Assembly: GCA_007133565.1 (NCBI GenBank)
Contig: SLMM01000051.1
Location: 1-62,575, forward strand
DNA from: Bacteroidales bacterium
GTDB lineage: Bacteria; Bacteroidota; Bacteroidia; Bacteroidales; PUMT01
Direction: 5' to 3'
Length of the DNA: 62,575 nt
Position numbers and translations under genes: made by a program
Notes under the pieces: model-generated
Seen by the model: only the letters and a program-made list of their open reading frames with translations
What the model was told of the DNA's origin: nothing
Database searches by the model: none
Shown: positions 56,401 to 62,575 of the stretch, one piece after another
Position numbering within the stretch: the stretch's first letter is position 1
Layout of the letters: each line of letters begins with the position of its first letter

Positions 56401-57656
56401 AGCAGCACCTGCCTGAAACATGGAAAGCGTTGTCTGATGCAGACGGCGAAAAGATATGGGAGAACAGGCAAGTACTTCGCAAGAGGCTGGCCGATCATAT
56501 TATCGAACGTACCAGGATGAGTTGGCTTACAAAACACGAGAGCCCCCGGTACTACCTCAACGTCAGGGAGAAATTCTCGGCCTCCCACCTTACAATTGGT
56601 TTTGCCCGCCGCTTTGCAACTTATAAGAGGGCCCAGCTGCTGTTCAGGGATGTAGAGAGGCTTTCGGCAATTGTAAATAATCCTGAAAGGCCGGTGCAAT
56701 TCCTGTTTGCTGGCAAGGCCCACCCGAATGACAAGGCGGGGCAGGAGCTGATGAAGCATATAGTGACTGTTTCAAAACGCCCGGAGTTCTCCGGTAAAAT
56801 ACTCTTTTTGCAGAATTATGACGTTGAACTGGCAAGGGTGCTTGTGCAGGGGGTTGACGTGTGGCTTAATACCCCCACCAGGCCTCTTGAAGCCTCAGGA
56901 ACCAGCGGCATGAAAGCTGTAATGAACGGTGTGCTGAACTTCAGCGTACTGGACGGATGGTGGGTGGAAGGTTACCGGCCCGGTGCCGGATGGGCCCTTC
57001 CGCAGGAACGTGTTTATGACAACCAGGATTATCAGGATGAGCTGGACGCCGATACGATTTACAGCCTGCTTGAAGAAGAGATAGTGCCGATGTTTTACAA
57101 CAGGGGCAGTTCGGGCATCCCGGAGGAGTGGACCCGGACCATCAAAAACTCAATAAGCGGGATAGCACCGTTATTTACCATGAGGCGCATGCTCAATGAC
57201 TATATTGAACGCTTTTACAATAAGCTGCATGAACGGTCACTAAGGATCTGCGGCAATGATTTTGAAGTGGCAAAGCAGCTTGCTTCATGGAAACAGCGAA
57301 TGTTCAGGGGCTGGGAGAACATTGAGGTGGTCAGGGTCAGGTATCCCGATACTTCAGAGAAGGCACTTGTGCTCGGGCGTGAGCATATCGGAGAGGTGGT
57401 GCTGGACCTTAAGGAGCTTAATGTTGCGCATGTCGGGGTTGAGATTGTGGTAGCTGATAAGAATCCGGGGAACGGCAACATCGACAGATTTGATGTGCAG
57501 GAGCTTGAACTTTCAGGTACCGAGGGAAGCCTCGCGCATTTCAGCTTGCAGATCAACCCGACCAGGGCGGGAGTTTTTCATTATGGCATAAGGATATATC
57601 CCAGACATCCTGAATTACCCCACAGGCAGGATCTCGGACTTGTCAGGTGGATATAA
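53412..57656 (+). CDS. fusion protein: GT3 (eukaryote-type) glycogen synthase + DUF3417/GT35 alpha-glucan phosphorylase
   Basis: The N-terminus FLFEVSWEVCNKSGGIHTAISSKAK...YILMGPD parallels animal/yeast glycogen synthase (LFEVAWEVANKVGGIYTV..). From about residue 573: KWKTIFVHKNLP..L..L..NLWWSWN (DUF3417), YFSMEYGLH.SLPIYSGGLGVLAGDYLKEASD, and SGTSGMKAVMNG (the PLP lysine) are typical of alpha-glucan phosphorylase. Confidence 0.9.
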   Translation: MSEKMMTPDFLFEVSWEVCNKSGGIHTAISSKAKRMQERFNSNYILMGPDVWRGESDNPEFVEDKGLFSAWRDAVAGEGLSIRVGRWKVDGLPIAIIVDFTPFISQKDEIFKIMWERFKLDSISGTWDYVEPVLFGYAAGKVIESFSRFNAGSADLVLAHFHEWLSGAGVLYLKDNVPQVATMFTAHATVAGRTLAERNHPLYKEFEKFDINVLAKEMNIVSKISLEKLAAANADVVTTVSGISARECRRFLERDPDLMTPNGFENSLVPDEKALRAKRAEARGKLRAVSEALLGRRLDDEVMFAGHSGRYEIRSKGIDLYIDSIAALRDRILPKRELVAFIMVPAGQTGPRRDLKDVLFGSAGDIPAGNRIATHYLHDYEYDPVLCMLKERGLHNEPDDRVNIVFVPCYLNGNDGIFNMPYYDLLSGFDVMVFPSYYEPWGYSPMESIAFGVPAITTSLCGYGQWICMNHKGDRPALMVIERTDDNYHRVAEEIAEAITAISAFDDGVSARVRENARIISELTDWAKQLEHYGRAWHSALEKSWPRISQLPSTEKAELAGAVYKTTFRHAPKWKTIFVHKNLPDRLSALDELSRNLWWSWNENAKELFRSIDLGLWGETGGNPVDFLEKVSYKRLMVLEKDEEFLRNLDMVHEDFRSYMDRPAGDTRIAYFSMEYGLHGSLPIYSGGLGVLAGDYLKEASDSGVDMVAVGLLYRYGYFRQQIAAGGDQIASYDPTDFTRIPARPVRTEDGRWSMISIAFPGRTVKARIWRVDVGRVPLYLLDTDFEDNRDTDRAITHHLYGGDWENRFRQEMLLGIGGIRALKIIGVKPSVYHCNEGHAAFIGIERLNRYVNDKKLSFYQALEVVRASTLFTTHTPVPAGHDSFDENLLRTYIAHYPQRLNIGWDQLMNLGKIHPDDPNEKFSMSYLAANLSQEINGVSRLHCSVSRKIFSDLWQGYFPDELHIGYVTNGVHHDTWTASEWKRLYAELMGNDYQTKQHLPETWKALSDADGEKIWENRQVLRKRLADHIIERTRMSWLTKHESPRYYLNVREKFSASHLTIGFARRFATYKRAQLLFRDVERLSAIVNNPERPVQFLFAGKAHPNDKAGQELMKHIVTVSKRPEFSGKILFLQNYDVELARVLVQGVDVWLNTPTRPLEASGTSGMKAVMNGVLNFSVLDGWWVEGYRPGAGWALPQERVYDNQDYQDELDADTIYSLLEEEIVPMFYNRGSSGIPEEWTRTIKNSISGIAPLFTMRRMLNDYIERFYNKLHERSLRICGNDFEVAKQLASWKQRMFRGWENIEVVRVRYPDTSEKALVLGREHIGEVVLDLKELNVAHVGVEIVVADKNPGNGNIDRFDVQELELSGTEGSLAHFSLQINPTRAGVFHYGIRIYPRHPELPHRQDLGLVRWI

Positions 57657-57702
57657 ACTCCGATTTTTATCCGGAGCTGTTTGATTTTTTGGATTAAAGC
57701 CT

Positions 57703-57710
57703 TAGTTTTG
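57703..57710 (+). promoter_or_regulatory. candidate -7 box (TAGTTTTG) for the symporter/arabinose cluster
   Basis: Exact TAnnTTTG match 56 nt upstream of the ATG at 57767. Confidence 0.35.
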
Positions 57711-57766
57711 GGAAAAACTAAAAAGGTGTAATTAATACACTAATAATAATCCAAAAAAAATAACAG

Positions 57767-59416
57767 ATGACTACGATTGACTGGATTGTACTCGGAGCAT
57801 TCTTTGTTCTGCTCTTCATGGTGGTATGGTGGGTTATCAGGCAAAAAGAGGATACCCCGGCCGACTATTTTCTGGCAGGCAGGAATGCCGGATGGTTTGT
57901 TATAGGAGCTTCCATCTTTGCCTCCAATATAGGTTCTGAACATCTTGTAGGGCTTGCCGGGGCGGGCGCTGAGACCGGCATGGCAATGGCCCACTGGGAA
58001 ATGCACGGCTGGATGATACTGGTTTTAGGCTGGGTGTTTGTCCCCTTCTATTCGCGGAGCAAGGTGTTCACCATGCCCGAATTTCTTGAAAGGCGATACA
58101 ATTCAGCTTCCCGGAATTTCCTGTCAATCATTTCCCTGGTGAGCTATGTGCTTACAAAGGTTGCTGTTACAGTATATGCCGGCGGTATTGTTTTCAAGGA
58201 GGTCTTCGGTATAGACGAATGGATGGGGATTGACTTTTTCTGGATCGGGGCAATCGGACTGGTGGTTATTACCGGTATCTACACTGTGATAGGGGGTATG
58301 AAATCAGTTCTTTATACCTCCCTGATCCAGATGCCCGTTCTTTTGCTGGGATCTATTGTTATAACAGTCGTTGGATTGCGGGAGATCGGCGGATGGGGCG
58401 AACTTATGACGATAGCCGGCGCCAATGTTACCGAGCAAGGTGATTCGATGATGAGCCTGATGCGGTCTCACAGAGATTCGGAGTTTCCGTGGACCGGCGT
58501 CATACTGGGATCTGCCATAATAGGGTTCTGGTACTGGTGCACCGACCAGTATATTGTGCAGCGTGTGCTTTCCGGACAGAATCAAAAGCAAGCCAGGAGG
58601 GGGACCATATTCGGCGCTTACCTGAAGCTGCTTCCTGTATTTATTTTTCTTATTCCGGGTATTATAGCCTATGCTCTTCATCAGAAGGGTATGATGGAAC
58701 TTTCCAGCTCTGATGCGGCTTTCTCCACCCTGGTGGCCAACCTGCTGCCGATAGGAGTGAAGGGAATTGTGGTTGGCGGACTTATTGCGGCGCTGATGAG
58801 TTCACTGGCTTCATTGTTCAATTCATCTGCCATACTTTTTACGATGGACTTTTACAAAAGATTTAAACCCGAATCATCTGAAAAGCATCTTGTTTACGTT
58901 GGACGGGCGGCAACCACGGTTATAGTCATTCTGGGCATATTATGGATACCTGTCATGAGGGGCATAGGGCAGGTGCTTTATCAGTACCTGCAGGATATGC
59001 AGTCACTCATATCACCAGGCATTGCATCGGTTTTCCTCCTGGGGGTGTTCTGGAAAAGGGCCACGCCCGCAGCGGGTTTCGCGGGACTGCTGACAGGGTT
59101 CGTGCTTGGAATGACCAGGCTGGCTGCCAATGTGATGGAGCCGTACCTCGATCCGCAGGGCCTGTTTTACCAGGTGATACTACAGCATAACTGGCTGCAT
59201 TACTCCATATACCTTTTCTTTCTCTGCATAGCGGTGATCGTGGTGGTCTCGCTGTTCACCAAACCGGCCGACCGCTCCAAAACAGTGGGACTCACCTACG
59301 GGTCGGCTACCGAAGAGCAGAAGCAGGAGACAAGGGCAAGCTGGAACAAATGGGACGTTGTACACACAGTAATAATACTGGCAGTTATCGGCATCTTCTA
59401 TATATATTTCTGGTAA
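57767..59416 (+). CDS. sodium:solute symporter (SSF/SGLT family), probably a sugar (arabinose/galactose-type) transporter
   Basis: About 14 TM helices. ..YFLAGRN.GWF.IGASIFASNIGSEHLVGLAG.G...G.A.A.WE...; the substrate is inferred only from the context with araA/araD. Confidence 0.85.
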   Translation: MTTIDWIVLGAFFVLLFMVVWWVIRQKEDTPADYFLAGRNAGWFVIGASIFASNIGSEHLVGLAGAGAETGMAMAHWEMHGWMILVLGWVFVPFYSRSKVFTMPEFLERRYNSASRNFLSIISLVSYVLTKVAVTVYAGGIVFKEVFGIDEWMGIDFFWIGAIGLVVITGIYTVIGGMKSVLYTSLIQMPVLLLGSIVITVVGLREIGGWGELMTIAGANVTEQGDSMMSLMRSHRDSEFPWTGVILGSAIIGFWYWCTDQYIVQRVLSGQNQKQARRGTIFGAYLKLLPVFIFLIPGIIAYALHQKGMMELSSSDAAFSTLVANLLPIGVKGIVVGGLIAALMSSLASLFNSSAILFTMDFYKRFKPESSEKHLVYVGRAATTVIVILGILWIPVMRGIGQVLYQYLQDMQSLISPGIASVFLLGVFWKRATPAAGFAGLLTGFVLGMTRLAANVMEPYLDPQGLFYQVILQHNWLHYSIYLFFLCIAVIVVVSLFTKPADRSKTVGLTYGSATEEQKQETRASWNKWDVVHTVIILAVIGIFYIYFW

Positions 59417-59422
59417 TGCATC

Positions 59423-60121
59423 ATGTTAAAAGGGAGCATGTACCCGGAGAGTGAGTGTTTCAATGTGGCGGTGGACTGTATCGTGTTTGGATTTGATGAT
59501 GACAGGCTGCAGCTTCTGCTGGTAAAAAGGAGGTTCGACCCTTGCAGGGACTGCTGGTCGCTTATGGGCGGCTTCGTGGGCCGGGATGAGAACATTGATG
59601 ATGCGGCTGCAAGGATACTTGAGAATCTGACCGGTTTGAGGGATGTTTACCTGGAACAGCTTTTTACCTATGGTGAACCGGACAGGGATCCGGGGGGAAG
59701 GGTGATCTCTGTTGCATATTATGCATTGATACGTACAGACCGGCTTGACAGTGAAGCGGGGAACAGGTATTCTGCCCGGTGGTTCACCTTTGAAAACCTG
59801 CCGGTGCTGGTTTTTGACCACACCGAAATGGTAGATAAGGCGATAAGGAGGCTGAGGCGCAAGTCGCTTATACAGCCGGTCGGATTTGAGCTTCTTCCTG
59901 AAAAGTTTACATTGACACGGCTGCAGAAGTTGTACGAGGCAATCCACCATAGAGATCTGGATAAGCGAAACTTCAGGAAGAGGATCCTTTCGATGGATGT
60001 TCTCACCAGGCTGGATGAAAAAGACAGGGTCAGCTCAAGGAGGGGAGCCTGGCTATACCGGTTTGACAAAGATAAGTACGACAGGCTGATAAGCGGAGGC
60101 GACCATTTTGAGATGAAATGA
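59423..60121 (+). CDS. Nudix-fold + winged-helix transcriptional regulator (NrtR family, AraR-like)
   Basis: N-terminal Nudix fold with a degenerate Nudix box (GFVGRDENIDDAAARILENLTGL). C-terminal ..FTLTRLQKLYEAI....LDKRNFRKRIL.. is typical of the NrtR-family wHTH. It sits directly upstream of araA/araD. Confidence 0.7.
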   Translation: MLKGSMYPESECFNVAVDCIVFGFDDDRLQLLLVKRRFDPCRDCWSLMGGFVGRDENIDDAAARILENLTGLRDVYLEQLFTYGEPDRDPGGRVISVAYYALIRTDRLDSEAGNRYSARWFTFENLPVLVFDHTEMVDKAIRRLRRKSLIQPVGFELLPEKFTLTRLQKLYEAIHHRDLDKRNFRKRILSMDVLTRLDEKDRVSSRRGAWLYRFDKDKYDRLISGGDHFEMK

Positions 60122-60136
60122 ACCCCCGGGGTCCTG

Positions 60137-60190
60137 GCAGAAAGGCTTATACTTGCAGAAAGGCTTATACTTGCAGAAAGGCTTATCCCC
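60137..60190 (+). repeat. 3 x 18-bp tandem direct repeat (GCAGAAAGGCTTATACTT x2, then GCAGAAAGGCTTATCCCC) between the regulator gene and araA
   Basis: Read directly. Units are at 60137-60154, 60155-60172 and 60173-60190. The first two are identical, and the third matches in its first 14 nt. Confidence 0.9.
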
Positions 60191-60261
60191 GATGGGCTGC
60201 CCCCGGAGGATGATCGTGCATCTAATGCCCCGTCAATCATAAAACAAATTAAATCAGTATT

Positions 60262-61788
60262 ATGCAAAAAAATGAATCTAAAAAACTCTGGTTCCTGACC
60301 GGTAGCCAGCATCTGTACGGCAGCGAAACGCTCGGCAAAGTGGCTGCCAACTCAAGGGAGATAGCCGCGGCACTGGACGCCACTGCATCACGGATATCAG
60401 AAAATGAAAAGCATGTGCAGGTAAGGGTGGTATTCAAGCCGGTCCTTACAACACCCGGAGATATCCTTGCAGTATGCCGCGAAGCAGGCAACGATCCGTC
60501 CTGTATCGGGATAATATGCTGGATGCACACATTTTCTCCCGCGCAGATGTGGATCGGTGGCCTCAGGGAACTGAAGAAACCGATGCTACATCTGCACACA
60601 CAACACAACCGTGATATTCCGTGGGATGCAATCGACATGGATTTCATGAACCTTAACCAGTCCGCTCACGGCGACCGGGAGTTCGGCTTCATATGCAGTC
60701 GCATGGGCATTGACCGCCATGTGGTGACGGGGCACTGGCAGGATCCGGAGGTTCTTGCCGGGGTAACCCACTGGGCAAGGGCTGCACTCGGGCGGGATGA
60801 ATCGCTGTCTCTCAGGGTAGCCCGCTTTGGCGATAACATGCGCGATGTGGCGGTAACCGAAGGCGACAAGGTGGAGGCCGGTTTACAAATGGGATGGACA
60901 GTCAGGGGTTATGGTGTCGGTGATTTTGCAGCCAGGGTGAACGGTGTGCCCGGGAGCGACGTTCAGACGCTGATAAAAGAGTACAGGGAGTTATATTCCC
61001 TTTCGGGGAAGATAATGCAGGATAAGTCCGCGCTGCTCAGGCTGGAGGAGGCCGCAAAGATAGAGCTGGGATTGCTGGAGTTCCTTGAAGAAGGGGGATA
61101 CAGGGCTTTTACAACCACTTTTGAAGATCTTCACGGGCTTAGCCAGTTACCGGGACTGGCTGTTCAGAGGCTGATGGAGAAAGGGTACGGATTTGGGGCT
61201 GAAGGGGACTGGAAAACGGCAGCCCTGGTAAGGTGCATGAAGGTAATGGGACAAGGTATGGAAGGGGGTACTTCCTTTATGGAGGATTATACCTACCATC
61301 TTGACCCGTCGGGCATGAAGGTATTGGGAGCGCACATGCTCGAAGTTTGCCCGTCGATATCGGCCGCAAAACCAAAACTGGAGCTGCACCCTTTATCTAT
61401 CGGGGGCAAGGATGACCCCCCAAGGCTTGTTTTTCCCGTTGCAACGGGAAAAGCATTAAATGCAACTCTGCTGGATATGGGCAACAGGTTCAGGCTGCTT
61501 GTCAATACGGTCACCAGTGTTGAGTCTCCTGAGCTGCCCAGGCTGCCCGTTGCCCGTGCGTTGTGGGTGCCCGACCCTGACCTGAAGGTGGCCGCAACGG
61601 CCTGGATCCTGGCCGGGGGAGCCCACCATACCGGGTTCAGCATGGTGCTGGAGCCGCTGCACCTGGAGCATTTCGCATTGATGAGCGGTATTGAATACCT
61701 GCTAATTGACAAGGAAACCTCTGTAAGAGAGTTCAAAAAAGAACTCAGGTGGAATGACATGTACTATGGCCTCAAGGCCAAAGGTTAA
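60262..61788 (+). CDS. araA: L-arabinose isomerase
   Basis: ..LWFLTGSQHLYG.ETL..V...S.EI...L...........V.......T......C...N....C.G...WMHTFSPA.MWI.GL....P.LHLHTQ.N..IPW..IDMDFMNLNQSAHGDREFGF. Confidence 0.95.
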   Translation: MQKNESKKLWFLTGSQHLYGSETLGKVAANSREIAAALDATASRISENEKHVQVRVVFKPVLTTPGDILAVCREAGNDPSCIGIICWMHTFSPAQMWIGGLRELKKPMLHLHTQHNRDIPWDAIDMDFMNLNQSAHGDREFGFICSRMGIDRHVVTGHWQDPEVLAGVTHWARAALGRDESLSLRVARFGDNMRDVAVTEGDKVEAGLQMGWTVRGYGVGDFAARVNGVPGSDVQTLIKEYRELYSLSGKIMQDKSALLRLEEAAKIELGLLEFLEEGGYRAFTTTFEDLHGLSQLPGLAVQRLMEKGYGFGAEGDWKTAALVRCMKVMGQGMEGGTSFMEDYTYHLDPSGMKVLGAHMLEVCPSISAAKPKLELHPLSIGGKDDPPRLVFPVATGKALNATLLDMGNRFRLLVNTVTSVESPELPRLPVARALWVPDPDLKVAATAWILAGGAHHTGFSMVLEPLHLEHFALMSGIEYLLIDKETSVREFKKELRWNDMYYGLKAKG

Positions 61789-61880
61789 CATCTTCTGGAT
61801 TGCATCCGGGGCTTTGCTCTCCCGGGGTATCGCCTGGAGATCAGGAATATTATTCTTTGATGATGTAAAAGTTTACAGAT

Positions 61881-62573
61881 ATGCTTGAAGAACTGAAACG
61901 GGAGGTTTGTGATGTAAACATTGCCCTGAGGGATAAGGGTCTTGCTATCATGACCTGGGGCAACGCCAGCGCCATTGACCATGAAAGGCAGCTTGTGGTG
62001 ATAAAGCCCAGCGGTGTGCCTTATGACGAAATGCAGGAAAACGATATGGTAGTTGTCGATCTCGGGGGGAATATTGTTGAGGGCAAGTGGAAACCATCGT
62101 CGGATACCATTACCCACCTGCTGCTCTATCGTGAGTTCGGCGGTATTGGCGGCGTGGTGCATACCCATGCCGAGTGGTCGTCAAGCTGGGCCCAGGCTGG
62201 CCGTGACATACCGGTTTACGGGACCACCCATGCCGATTACTTTTACGGAGAGGTGCCATGCACCCGCCCTCTTTCTGAAGCTGAAACGGCAGAGAACTAC
62301 GAGCTTAATACCGGCAGGGTGATTGTAGAAAGGTTTGAGGGCACAGACCCGCTGCAGGTACCAGGCGTGCTGGTGCATGCACACGCTCCGTTCACCTGGG
62401 GCAGGAATGTGCGTCAGGCGCTTGAGGGTGCACTTGTACTTGAAGAGATAGCAAAGATGGCATTCCGCACAGAGGTGCTTGGCAACCGCTATTCAGTTGG
62501 CAGGCACCTGCTTGACATCCACTACCTGCGCAAGCACGGCAGGGGCGCCTACTACGGGCAGAAAAAGAAATAA
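61881..62573 (+). CDS. araD: L-ribulose-5-phosphate 4-epimerase
   Basis: MLEELKREV...N..L...GL...TWGN.SAIDHE..L.VIKPSGV.Y..M...DMVVVDL.G..VEG...PSSDT.TH..LYR.F..IGG.VHTH..W...WAQAG..IP..GTTHADYF.G..PCTR. Confidence 0.95.
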   Translation: MLEELKREVCDVNIALRDKGLAIMTWGNASAIDHERQLVVIKPSGVPYDEMQENDMVVVDLGGNIVEGKWKPSSDTITHLLLYREFGGIGGVVHTHAEWSSSWAQAGRDIPVYGTTHADYFYGEVPCTRPLSEAETAENYELNTGRVIVERFEGTDPLQVPGVLVHAHAPFTWGRNVRQALEGALVLEEIAKMAFRTEVLGNRYSVGRHLLDIHYLRKHGRGAYYGQKKK

Positions 62574-62575
62574 CC

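Noticed and set aside
57658-57694. Possible terminator after the synthase::phosphorylase gene (CTCCG-N9-CGGAG followed by CTGTTTGATTTTTT), and the inverted repeat GTGTA-ATTAA-TACAC at 57726-57740.
   Set aside because: Both stems are only 5 bp. They are plausible but too weak to report as features without transcript 3'-end or footprint data.
59719-60312. 197-aa minus-strand ORF containing SLSASISLSASISLSA.
   Set aside because: It is antisense to the Nudix regulator gene. The peptide repeat is simply the translation of the 18-bp intergenic tandem repeat. There is no start context or motif.

Overview
The window looks like a mostly core chromosomal segment of a Bacteroidota genome, roughly 50% G+C by eye. 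Four things point to that phylum. There is a giant surface protein with a C-terminal T9SS sorting domain. TAnnTTTG -7 promoter boxes sit just upstream of many start codons. Shine-Dalgarno sequences are almost absent. The window also carries typical Bacteroidota genes (DUF2723, a FISUMP lipoprotein, a GT3 glycogen synthase, a Nudix-type arabinose regulator).

Gene content in order:
- purD (5' part, open at the window edge)
- a 1961-aa T9SS cargo protein
- a stand-alone 66-aa gene
- a NodB deacetylase + DUF2723 pair
- an AT-rich MNT/HEPN two-gene island
- an orphan outer-membrane-like protein
- mpg and an O-antigen-ligase-like gene
- rplM-rpsI-rpsB-tsf, then pyrH-frr
- trxA and dnaE
- rpsP-rimM
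- a thioesterase and a CapD-like dehydratase
- a DUF2807 protein, tsaC, dapD
- an S9 peptidase and a PLP dehydratase
- an operon-like block: small protein, mutL, two rhomboids, EEP protein
- gmhA, a FISUMP lipoprotein, comM
- hppA, lpxH, two DUF4369/TlpA-like lipoproteins
- a four-gene glycogen locus ending in a 1414-aa GT3 synthase::GT35 phosphorylase fusion
- an arabinose cluster: SSF symporter, Nudix regulator, araA, araD

I saw no rRNA, tRNA, CRISPR array, transposase or integrase.

I did not find a clear-cut novel multi-gene system. The most accessory-looking part is 11.3-12.2 kb (the MNT/HEPN island). Other points worth a second look:
- an in-frame ~98-residue low-complexity insertion in PurD
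- the nested-domain T9SS giant protein
- the orphan 66-aa gene
- a redox-dead TlpA paralogue
- the synthase::phosphorylase fusion
- a 3 x 18-bp tandem repeat between the Nudix regulator and araA

All calls come from reading the sequence and the ORF track, and from remembered family motifs. No database search was run.
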